64,000 nucleotides of DNA, from the NCBI RefSeq assembly GCF_009914755.1, contig NC_060932.1, one strand, 5' to 3'. The notes beneath the pieces are model-generated. The model saw nothing but the letters and a program-made list of their open reading frames with translations. It was not told the origin of the DNA and made no database searches. Origin of the DNA: the human T2T-CHM13v2.0 reference genome, Homo sapiens. Within the stretch, counting starts at the first letter, position 1, and the number at the start of each line of letters is the position of its first letter. A program made the position numbers and the translations under genes. Positions 14,111 to 25,966 of the stretch are shown here, one piece after another.

Positions 14111-17100
14111 AATCCCTGCTGTTTTAATCACAGTTATTCTGAATTAGGAACTTGGTGGGTTTCTCTTCGATGACTATGGAGAGATTTCCGTGGGTTGAAC
14201 AAGGAACTCCACTACAGCGTCTTGTAGAAAACCCGAGCTGCAGATTCCTGGACACCGCACGGCGCGGGAGGCGGGGCTGGCAGGCCTGGCCGGGTCTCCC
14301 CTCTCTCCAGCCCGCACCTCGGCCGTGGCCAGCAGGGTTTGGCCCCTTGCTTTTCACGTTACCTTGTTCAGGACACGCCTTAAACTGAAGGCACCCTGTG
14401 GATGAGGAAAGGCGCAGTGGAACTTCCAGAGACCAGGCTAGAGGGGGCGCAAAGCCAGGAGGCGTCGCAGCGGCTGGTTAGAAGCACTTCCCTCGAGCTG
14501 GGGCACTACCGGGGCGCACAGGAACCTGGTAGTCCAGGCGTGAGGTCAGGAGCCGTGCGCTGGGGTCTGTGCTCTGGCCTTTGTAGCCGCAGCCTCACCC
14601 GCCTTGTATGGGAAATGGCTCAGTCCTAAAACTCTGGGCCTTCTGCTTCGAGGGTTGTGTGGAGGCGGGGATGAGCCAGTGAATGGGAACCTGCTTTGCA
14701 AAGACTGCCAATCAAGTACAGACAAATCAGCGTGATCAAAGATGGTGATGATAATGACTTCAACCTCTAGCCTGGTGTGAGGAACTAAAAGCAACCACAG
14801 AACACTTGCACCCAACGCCTGCGGGCGCTGCCGCGGGCCTCCGGAGCATGCGCGGTGGCTCCGCCCAAGGCAGGCCGTGGGCCCGGGACGCGCCTGGTCC
14901 GGTTCAGAGCTCCGGGTTCGCGGCGGGTTCGGAGCAGGTGCCAGGGGTACCGTGGCGGGATTGCCCTCTCCCTCCCCCTCCTTCTCCTCCTCCCCCTCTT
15001 CCTCCCTCTTCTCCTCCCCCTCCCTCTCCCCTTCCCCCCAGGGCAGCTGAAATTCCTCCGTTTGGAATAGAATAAATACAGCTCCTGGAGAGGAAAGTTG
15101 TCGAGGCCCGACTTTTTTTTTTTTTTTTTTTTTTTTGGTTTTCGCCCACTCACGATTTCATATTTCACAACTCAGAAAAGTCTACTAGGAGCTTTTACAA
15201 ACACTGTGTCAGCCACCTTGTATTATCCCCATTTTACCGGTGAAGAAACTGAGGCCGATAGTAGTTAAGTCAGTTATCAAAATACAAGTGAATTGCAGGA
15301 AATTGGAATTGGGGATTTCTGGCTTCGGGCCCTGTGTCCTTGGAAACCAGTGTTCACAGAACTACCGAGCTAAACGGACAGAGAAGGGGGTCGGGGAGAA
15401 AGGAGGGAAGGAAAAGAAAAGAAAGAAGGAAGAAAGAGAACATCTTTTAAGAGAGTGCAGTTCAGGTGACTCACGCGGGAGGAGTGAGCTGTGGTGGTGC
15501 CGCCAGGCCGGCTGCGTGGAGCACGCGCGGTGTCCAGTGCGCCCCGCGTCACCACACCCGGCCCTGCCTCTCCGCCTCTTCTTGGCGGCCCCTGCAGGAA
15601 CCCCCAACCGGTCCTGCTGCGGGTCAGAGCCCCGCAAGATCCGGCCCGGTAGCCCTGGGCCTCGACCTTTCTCCTCCAGGTCTTCCAGGGTCCGCGCCGT
15701 GATGATTCGCCGCACCTAGCCTCGACCCAAGAGCCGCTGGACCCACCGCTGGCCGCGGCCCCGAACCCAGCGCTGGCGACAGCAAGTGTCGGGATGCCAG
15801 GGCTGGCGCCCTCCCCCTCTAGCTCAGCCCTCCGAACTCCAGGCTTTGGGGTCGCGTAGGGTCGGCGTGGAGCTCTAGGACTGAAGGTCGCAGTGACCAG
15901 AGAATCGGCGAGGTTATGGAGACCCCGCGTCCCTTGGCGTCGCCTGCACCAGGGCGCGCTCGCTTACAGTTGCCAAGGTGCATAAATGCGTCGACGCAAG
16001 GGAATGAAGGAATGGAGCGAGCGAGCCCGACTACCGCGGTGCTGACAATTTCCAAGCCCCGGGCGGCGCCCGCGTCAGCGCTGGGAAGGTTAATGTTCAC
16101 CTCCTGGACAGCCCAGGCTTGCAAGCTCGCTGCAGAGGAAAAGCAAGAAACTAAACAAGTGCAGACAATAATCACAGCACGTATTCTCTGGCCCCGTCCC
16201 CGTTGTTTTCTCTGTTGTTGCCATCGGTGTCTGGGATCTAACTTGACCATTCCGTGTTCCCTGGGGAGGGCGCATCTTCCTAACCTGGTGCCCGGGCGCG
16301 GCCCCACGGCTTTCGCGCTCTGCTCTGGGGCCTTGCAGGGAGGGTGCTACGGGCTGCGGCCGGGAGTGGGGACGCCCGTCGTCGGGAAGGGGGCGCTGTC
16401 CCCTCGTGGCCTCCGACCCTGCAGAGCACTGCCACCGCCCTGGAGCTCAGTAGGGTCAGAAAGTGTCGGGGACGAGCTCTTCCCGGGATCCTCCGCCGCC
16501 GCTCAATCCCCCCGTGGGACCCTCTTTCTCCCCTTTCTCAAATAGCTCCCTTCTCCTGGCCGGGCGCGGCCCTGGATCCCACGAGGCGCACTCTGGCCTA
16601 AGGGTTTTGCTGGAGGCATATGCGGGAAAGGGGTTGGCCAGTGGAAATGGCCTGGGCTTTGCAGGGTTGAGAAGTCCGCCTAGATGGAGGACGCACTCTC
16701 TGCAAACGGCCCCAGGTGGGTCCCCCGCCGCTTCGCCTCTGGTTCCAGGATGCTGCCCCAGCGGTGGGCACCCTGTTCTCTGCTCGCGCTGCGCAGCGCG
16801 CGCCCCGCCCCACACCCTTGTATTCCCGGCCCACCAGTGCAGCGGTTGGGGCGCACCGGCCTAGGGTGCTGCTACTGAATCCTGGCTGGAAAAGAGGGGC
16901 AAACCCAGCCATCTCTTTTGTGCGGAAAGCTAATTCTCGGATGAAAATTGTCCCCGGCTCTAGAGGTAAAAATTAGGACGTGAACACAGAGACGCTGCAG
17001 TTCACCTTACACTTGCCGGGTCTTAGCCGTCGGGCCCGTTGCATGTTGCATGCAAGGCATCGGTCGCTGCGCGCGGGGACATTGAAATCCGGACTCAGGC

Positions 17101-18499
17101 TCACGGGCTTCATGCCTAGAGTTATATTAACATCAAGCATCACAGGCAGGGTTGGAGCTTTCTCTGCATTTATCTCACCGAATCTTCACAACAGCCCCGG
17201 AAAGTCAGTCTTATCATTGTCCCGTGTTAGGATTAGGAAAAGAGATCCAGAGAGATGTGACTTGTCCAGAGTCGCGCGTTCAGTCACCTGAACACTAAGG
17301 TTCTGACTCCGGACCCCACGGCACCCCCGCACCCCCACAACGCTGCCTCCTTCCAGGATCACCTCTGTGGAGCCCCGCACATGGGTGGCGCTCAGTAAAT
17401 TTTAAATTCCAGGATCTAGTCAAACCTGCCGACTTTCATTCAGTAGGTGTCTGAGCTATATTTGCTCACTCATTCTGCAGGCCTTGAGCGCCTACTGTGT
17501 GCCGGCGCTTATATGAGAGCGCGGGAACAGAGCTCCTCACAGGGGGCCGGGTGACAGGGGAGCTGCGGTGAGCGCGGCCGAGAGATGGCCGTGAGCTCCC
17601 AGCCTGCAGTCCCCAGGCTGCACGTGGGCCCGGCGCGCACGGTCGGTCTACACCAGGGTGTGCAGATGAGGGAAACTGGGGGAGTTCGCAGGTCGCAGCG
17701 CAGCCAGGGGGGGACGCGAGAGGGCGGGAGCGACTCCACTCGGAGAAGCGGGACTGCCAATCGGAGGAAGAAAGAAAAAATATAAGGAGAAAATTCAGGG
17801 TGAGAAGAGCCAGAAGTGAGGGAGCTGGAGGCCTGGACCCGGAGACTGGGTGCGGGTGGAGTGAGAGGAGAAATCAATCAGGTGGCTGAGAACCAGAACG
17901 ACGGCCTCGCCCTCCTGAGAGCCAGGGGCGGCGGGGGCGTCGAGGGGTCTTGGGTGAGCACTGCACAGAACCCGAGGCGGGATGCGGCCCCCAGCCCCGG
18001 CTCCGGCCGGCCTCTGTGGCGGCCCAAGTTGACTGGGGCTGCGGTGGCCGAAGCCCGGTCATTTTCGAAAGGAATGGCAGTCGGAGTATTAAGAACGGCT
18101 GCTCTGAGGGGTTCATGGTCAATGTCTCTCACACCCAGGCGGGCTCGGCGAAACCTGGTTGGGTTGATTTTCTGAGGCCACACGCGCAGGGAGGGCGGTG
18201 GAGTCTGGCCCGGGCAGGCAGGGGCTGGAGCGGGCCTCCAGCGCCTGCCTTGCGTCTCTGCGGCACCTGCGGGTCCAGGGCAGGGGGCGGGAGGCGGCCC
18301 GGGGCAGCCGGGCGCAGATCCCCGGGCGGGCCCTGGCGGCGGAGGGGCGGGCCGGGGGCAGGCGCGGGGAGGAGGCCCTCCCTCACTCCCTCCCTCCGTC
18401 CTCCTCCCGGCAGGTCGGAGCGGGGACCCGGCGGCGGCCCGGGACGCAGGGAGGGGACCCGCGCCGACACCGAGGGAGGGGCCGCGCCGCCTTGGAGAG

Positions 18500-18570
18500 T
18501 CATTGGAGGACGCGGCCGCCCGAAGCTGATAAATCAGGGGCCGGGTCGCGGCTGCGGGCCAAGTTGGACG
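18500..18570 (+). promoter_or_regulatory. SOX7 core promoter: inverted CCAAT, GATAAA at TATA position, candidate Inr
   Basis: ATTGG 18502-18506; TGATAAA 18527-18533; CCAAGTT at about 18559-18565, roughly 30 bp downstream; GC boxes upstream. Confidence 0.6.
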
Positions 18571-18639
18571 CCCCGACCCGTGCGAGGGCCAGGTCCGCGC
18601 CTGCCCCGCCAGGCGAAGCGAGGCGACCCGCGTGCGGCC

Positions 18640-18877
18640 ATGGCTTCGCTGCTGGGAGCCTACCCTTGGCCCGAGGGTCTCGAGTGCCCGGCCCTGGACG
18701 CCGAGCTGTCGGATGGACAATCGCCGCCGGCCGTCCCCCGGCCCCCGGGGGACAAGGGCTCCGAGAGCCGTATCCGGCGGCCCATGAACGCCTTCATGGT
18801 TTGGGCCAAGGACGAGAGGAAACGGCTGGCAGTGCAGAACCCGGACCTGCACAACGCCGAGCTCAGCAAGATGCTGG
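18640..18877 (+). CDS. SOX7: SOX7 coding exon 1 (N-terminus and first part of the HMG box)
   Basis: GCGGCCATGG Kozak ATG at 18640. Translates [26 protein letters not shown]...[36 protein letters not shown] (SoxF HMG box). Donor G|GTGAGT after 18877 (phase 1), the conserved SoxF intron position. Confidence 0.98.
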
Positions 18878-21261
18878 GTGAGTGAGCGCGCGGCCGAGCG
18901 GGCTGGGGGCCGGGGGCGGGCGGCGGGCGGCTGGCGGCACTGCAGGGCGGGTGCGAGCGCGGAGCCTGGGGAAGACCCGGCACGCGGGACGAGGGCCCTC
19001 TTCGTGCCCGCGTGGCTGGCCATCTGCGCGAGCGTGGGTGCTCGCGGTGCCCAGGATTCAGAGCGGGGGCACTTGGCGCGGTCCAAAGTGAAACCGCGCG
19101 GCGGGCAGGGAGGCTCCTCTGCTGGGACAGGAGCGGAGATCGGCGCCCCAGGGGGCGGGGAGACGGGGCAGCGGCCAGGCCAGGACGCCTGGCGACAGGG
19201 ACCGGCGTGCATGGACAGGGCAGGGACGGAAACGTTTGAGGCTGGGTGGAACAGGCGTTTACTAGGAATACCGAAGCGGGAAAAGCCAGCATTCCCTGGA
19301 CCTTACAATTGGGCCATGTCAGAGGAAGGCTGTCACAGATGAAATTATAATTAACGAATATTCCCGAAGAGAGACCCTGAGGAACGAATCCTTGCTTTAA
19401 CTAAACAATTAAGAGGAAAACAAAACAAAAGAAAAAGCTTACCCAAATAGACTCGATTCGTTCATCTATTGCTCAGTCTCGAAGGTGTAGATAACTTGAT
19501 TCGGATGCTTGGGCTGTCCTGGAACCCGCTCTCTTCCTGAGCTGTCCCCGCAGGGACTGGGGACACGGACTCACGAGGTCCAAGAGGTCCAGAGTGAGGC
19601 TGTTAGGACACACCCGAACAACCGGAGTTCCTATGGGGGTTTCTTTTTTCTCCGGTGTCGAGCTGAGTACTTTTCAACCCTGCCTTCTTTGCCTTTCGAC
19701 GAGGTTTTTATTCGTTTTAATCCGCGAAAAACTTTCAAAGCACTTGGTGCACGCAGCGGGAGACAGGCCCTGTAAGAAGGGCACCCGAGGCCGGCTCTAC
19801 CCTTCCCAAACCCCACCCGGTCCGGAACAGAGCCCTTCCTTTTTTCGTCGGAGTTCAGAGCTCAGGGCTCTTTCCCGAGGCGGAACTTTGGGGATAGGAC
19901 TGACGCCCCTCTTTCTGCTGGCTAAAGCCGCAGGCCCGCAGAGGGGGTCCCAGGCCGAGCCCTCCTGCGGTTTAGCTGCTGTGCAAAGCAGTTGATGGAG
20001 TGCTGGTTGCCAAGGGCCCAGCCTGGTGGCCGGCTGCACCAACTCGCCTTAGTGGTCTGGGGCCTTCTGGGGCCTTTTCCCTCAACAAAAATAGTAACAT
20101 TTGTATTTTACACAGTGTTGGCATAAAGACAAATGTGTTAATATGTACAATAATAAAACATTTTATTTAACCTGTAAGTTTATATTTTTCTTCAGATTTT
20201 AAAAGAAGTGAAAATATGTTTGTTGTGGATCCCCAAACTTTTTTTTCCACGGACCGTGGGCACTGTGCCTGTTGACCCTGCCAACAGGGGGAAGCAAGCC
20301 CCTGCTGTGACCGTGACAGAGGAGGAATTCTGTGCAGGCCTGGGCCAGGGAATGGGGAGGAGAGAGGAGCATGGCTCTGCAGAGTTGGGGAAGCCTGCTC
20401 CCAGGAAAGGGGCAGGGACAGGGACACAGGAGACAGATGCTTCCTGCGAGTTGGTCCCCGTCGGGGCCTGCACTTCAGCTTCAGGAGGTTACAGTTCATT
20501 CTGCAGAAAAGACACAGATTCCTTCCTGCTGAGCCATGTAGCTCCTGGCACTGGGTGAGGGAAACCGCAACACTGGTGCTTTTCACAATATGGACTTGTG
20601 CACCTGTTAGTAGGGGGCAGCAGGATGATCCCCTCCACCTGTGTGACATTTCCTTCTCAGCTCTTTCCTTTCTGACCTGAGAGGAAAAGGCTGGATATGC
20701 GAGTCTCAACTTTTTCCACTATAAACCTTCCAAACCTTAACATTAAAAATGTGACCTAGTCACACTGGAATTTAAAATATATTATGAATGAGAAAGTGCA
20801 TAAAGAGCAGTAGACCTTTGGTAGCATTTTTAAATGAACACGTATTTTATTAGTTATATAACATCCAGGTACATTTAAAAGCTACGGCCACATTTTATAC
20901 TGAGACCACAGACAGAGTATGGGGTGCACCTGCATCTTGGGTCACTTGCCACAGCTTTGTAGCCTCAGCCACAGGCTGGGAACTGATGACCAGCCCTGAA
21001 TCTGCAGCTCCTAACACTTTCAAGTTGCCCTTTTGAGTGACAGCTAATGATGTTAATTGAAAGCTCCATGGAATTTCTATAAATTTTCTCCCAATTGGTA
21101 CAATGCCCTTAATCATTGCCCTCCCCTGGCTCTGAGCCCCTGGCCCAAGGAGCCAGTCAACGGAGGCACTGAGGGCTGCTGTGTGCACGGCTCTGCACCT
21201 GGCCCTGTGCAGAATGTGCTGAGTGGAACACAGGGCCCTTTCCTTAGGCCTTAACCTCTAG

Positions 21262-21397
21262 GCTAGCGGGTCTCAAACTTCAGGACACATTAGCATCATG
21301 GTAGAACATGTTAAAGTTGTAGAATCCTGAGCCCACCTTAGGAGGTAGCAAAGCAACCCAAGGGGTCCAGAAGCCCCCCACCCCTAGAAACCACTGC
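21262..21397. mobile_element. MER5-like hAT DNA transposon remnant in the SOX7 intron
   Basis: TAGCGGGTCTCAAACT...AGAAACCACTG terminal-inverted-repeat-like ends. Confidence 0.5.
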
Positions 21398-22406
21398 AGA
21401 AGGGTGTGCAGTGCACACTGGTAGATGAGGGAAGATGCCCCGGGAACTTGAAAAGCAACAGACAAGCAAGCAATGGTGAATAGAAGATCAAGCGCAGCCA
21501 GCATATTAGCACCAGTGGGTTGCAAGCATGGAATAATTTTTAAAGAGAGAGTTTGGAGCTGGAGAGTGTCACAATATCTTTATTTTATACTGAAGAAAAT
21601 AGAGACTCTGGAAAGTGCAGGGAATGGCTTCTGCATGGAGATCTGTGGCTAAGCAGGTGCCCTGGCACCGTCAAGGGTCCCCAAAAGATGGCTGGCTGGA
21701 AGTGACGGTTTGCATGTATATGTGTGTGCATGCATGTGTCTGGGTGTGCGTATATGTGTTGCAAGCAGATGCTAGCATTCTGGCCTCAGTCATCCAGCAG
21801 GGTTCTATTCGACCTTCAGAGGTAAGGAATAGGTATTTGTTAACCTAAGTGAGAATCTCTGATTTACTGACATCTGTGAAAGTATTGACTGAGCCTGGGT
21901 TCCCTCCCAGAAAGGGCTGTGAGATTTATGCCATAGGTAAGTATGATAGTATCTCTTTAGCCTGCACTAATCAATGAAGGCAGAGATTTTCATGAGAATA
22001 CACAAATGTTTAGAATGGACCCTGGAAGGGTAAAAAGAGCCCCAATCAATATCGTGATCATTAGATATTTTCTTCCCGTAGCTGACATATGGTCAGGTGG
22101 GCTTTTCACTGGGGACCCCGCATTGTAGTGTGGGCATGCTCTGGCGGCTTTTATATGAGAGGTGATGCTTTCTGTGTGCACCGTGCACGATCTGGCTTTC
22201 TGGATGCAAGCAGAGGGGTTGATTTCGCTTCACTGTGCCTGCAGGATCTGGGCTGGGAAGAGGGTGCAAGAGATGCCCGTGTCCTCTGTGGCTGAGAGGG
22301 GGAAGGGAGGTGTGTGTGCATGTGCACGTGTGTGTGCACGCGTGTGCATGTGCGATGCCTGCGGGGCACAACACTGAGCATGGCCTCCTCTGCCTTGTGT
22401 GAGCAG

Positions 22407-23335
22407 GAAAGTCGTGGAAGGCGCTGACGCTGTCCCAGAAGAGGCCGTACGTGGACGAGGCGGAGCGGCTGCGCCTGCAGCACATGCAGGACTACCCCAA
22501 CTACAAGTACCGGCCGCGCAGGAAGAAGCAGGCCAAGCGGCTGTGCAAGCGCGTGGACCCGGGCTTCCTTCTGAGCTCCCTCTCCCGGGACCAGAACGCC
22601 CTGCCGGAGAAGAGAAGCGGCAGCCGGGGGGCGCTGGGGGAGAAGGAGGACAGGGGTGAGTACTCCCCCGGCACTGCCCTGCCCAGCCTCCGGGGCTGCT
22701 ACCACGAGGGGCCGGCTGGTGGTGGCGGCGGCGGCACCCCGAGCAGTGTGGACACGTACCCGTACGGGCTGCCCACACCTCCTGAAATGTCTCCCCTGGA
22801 CGTGCTGGAGCCGGAGCAGACCTTCTTCTCCTCCCCCTGCCAGGAGGAGCATGGCCATCCCCGCCGCATCCCCCACCTGCCAGGGCACCCGTACTCACCG
22901 GAGTACGCCCCAAGCCCTCTCCACTGTAGCCACCCCCTGGGCTCCCTGGCCCTTGGCCAGTCCCCCGGCGTCTCCATGATGTCCCCTGTACCCGGCTGTC
23001 CCCCATCTCCTGCCTATTACTCCCCGGCCACCTACCACCCACTCCACTCCAACCTCCAAGCCCACCTGGGCCAGCTCTCCCCGCCTCCTGAGCACCCTGG
23101 CTTCGACGCCCTGGATCAACTGAGCCAGGTGGAACTCCTGGGGGACATGGATCGCAATGAATTCGACCAGTATTTGAACACTCCTGGCCACCCAGACTCC
23201 GCCACAGGGGCCATGGCCCTCAGTGGGCATGTTCCGGTCTCCCAGGTGACACCAACGGGTCCCACAGAGACCAGCCTCATCTCCGTCCTGGCTGATGCCA
23301 CGGCCACGTACTACAACAGCTACAGTGTGTCATAG
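22407..23335 (+). CDS. SOX7: SOX7 coding exon 2 (rest of HMG box, transactivation domain, DRNEFDQYL SoxF motif)
   Basis: Acceptor CAG|GA AAG TCG TGG completes G-K-S-W. Open to TAG at 23333-23335. 238+929 = 1167 nt = 388 aa + stop. Ends with ...[12 protein letters not shown]. Confidence 0.98.
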
Positions 23336-24051
23336 AGCTGGAGGCGCCCCGTCCGGTCAGCCCTCGCGCCCTCTCCTTCCTGTGCCTTGAGTGGCAGAGG
23401 AGCCGTCCAGCCACACCAGCTTTCCTCCCACCGCTCAGGGCAGGGAGGTCTGAACTGCGGCCCCAGAGCCTTTGGCCTAAGCTGGACTCTCCTTATCCGA
23501 GTGCCGCCTCTATCCCCTTCCCCACGTTCCAGCCCCTGCAGCCCACATTTTAAGTATATTCCTTCAAGTGAGTTTTCCTCCAGCCCCTGAGAGTTGCTGT
23601 CTCCCAGTGGAATGTTCACTGACGTCTTTTCTTGGTAGCCATCATCGAAACTAATGGGGGGACAGACTTGATAGCCAAGGTCCCTTCTGGTCCAGTTTTC
23701 TGATTTAGGGTTCTCTCAAGATTAATAAAGGAAGATGGGGAAATTTGACTCATTAATGAGCTCGCTAACCTACGATCTGGTGATAATTTTGTGTGCACAG
23801 CCCAAGGACCACGAGGCTTTCTGCACTTTCTGCACCCCCTTCCAAAGTGACCACAAAATTTCAAAGGGACTCATACAATTTGAGAAAAAACAGTCAACCT
23901 GATTTGAGAAATTAACCAGTATGGCTAACTATATCACAGAAAATGGGATTGAGTTAAAACTATTTTATTTTAAATATACATTTTAAAGCAGTTCTTTTTT
24001 TTTGTTAATTTGTTTATTATACACACACTTCAAGAGAATATGCACAGTCTA

Positions 24052-24351
<300 letters not shown>

Positions 24352-25283
24352 AGAATATGCACAGTCTGAATGTATACCAGGAGTGTGAGAGACACATGCC
24401 CACTTCATGCAACTCCTAAACTCAAAGTCTAAATCAGATATTTTTATTAACAATGACAACTTGTTGCCAACTCCCTGTTTCTAATGACCAAAGACCCAGG
24501 GTACCTAAAAGGACTTTGCAACCAAGCAAAGTCACTGTCTTCAAATCTGGATACACACTTTCCCCTCTGTAGATTCAAAAGGTGCTTCCTTCCCGGCTGT
24601 CTCCAGCTTCCTTACTCTCTTTTCTGGGATTTCTTTTTCTCTTCTTTCTGCTCTTCCTCCACTGCTGAACTGGTCCCTAACTGAAACAGCCCCTGACTTA
24701 GCCCAAGCATGCTTCCTTTAGCTGCTGTGAGAATTTGTCTTCCTCACCAGCCAGGTCCTCAGGCAAAGTCCTCAGCCAGTGCTTTAGAGCAACTTCCCGC
24801 AAATCAGAAACTCACTGTGATTCCAAAAATGTTTCTGAGCCCTGGACCCCTGCCCCCAAAATATTTTCATCTTTCCCCCAAACCTCCTTTAAAGGAGCAT
24901 GCATAACAGTGTGCTGAAAGACAGTTGTTGGTTTTTTGATTTTAGCATATTATTTCCTGTATGAAATATGTTTTATATAATCTCCTATTATTTTTATCTT
25001 ATGTTTTGTATTGTTGATAAATCCTTTTTGTCCTTCTAAGATGTCCTATTGTAAAATCACTTATAAGGTATGATTACTCTTTATGCTATTACTTTATATG
25101 CCATTTGGTAATAAATAGTAAATTGTTGATGATATGATTGACTGATGCGCAGTCCAGAGCATGTATGAATAATCTCATAAAACAGTATCACAGACATTAA
25201 GCTAAACTGTTTCGTTTTTTTGAAAGAACAACTCATACTTTGGAACAGTTGTCAATATTAATTTGTTGCAAATATTTAATTTA

Positions 25284-25289
25284 AATAAA
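25284..25289 (+). terminator. Probable main SOX7 polyadenylation signal AATAAA
   Basis: TTAAATAAAC in AT-rich context, followed by TGTTCTATCTTTTG. Confidence 0.7.
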
Positions 25290-25682
25290 CATTTTTGTAC
25301 CATGACTGTTCTATCTTTTGAAATATAGTTTTGCAAAAAGAAAAGGTTTCCAAGCAAGACATAAATGTTACATCGGGTGCTACTTGTGGTATTGATCAAC
25401 ATGTTTTCTACATCGACTTTTTTATTTTAAAAAGTTGTTATCTGGTAGGGATGGTTTATTTTATTTTATGAGTTATGCTAAAGAGATAAATCCAAATTTT
25501 ACGCATTGGAATCTGCTGTTTTTATTGACAATGAAAGAAAATGTCAACTCATGACCTACATGTAGAACAATTTTCTCCTTGTGACGACTTTACACTCGTA
25601 AAGTGGAATGAGGTGACTATGAGGCTGTCTGAAGAAGGAAAGTAAGTTTTGTCTACTCGTTTGCTTACTTAAAACTGTCACA

Positions 25683-25966
<284 letters not shown>

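Larger units (their letters stand above)
14230..19950. promoter_or_regulatory. Large CpG island / SOX7 promoter domain
   Basis: Dense CpG and very high GC from about 14.2 to 19.9 kb, spanning upstream DNA, exon 1 and the start of intron 1; many GC boxes (GGGCGG). Confidence 0.9.

Noticed and set aside
14100-19350. Many overlapping long ORFs, including 444 aa on - (17878-19212)
   Set aside because: Pro/Arg/Gly/Ala-rich products expected from stop-poor CpG-island DNA; no recognisable domains.
22093-23307. Antisense ORFs over SOX7 exon 2
   Set aside because: Shadow ORFs of a GC-rich coding exon.
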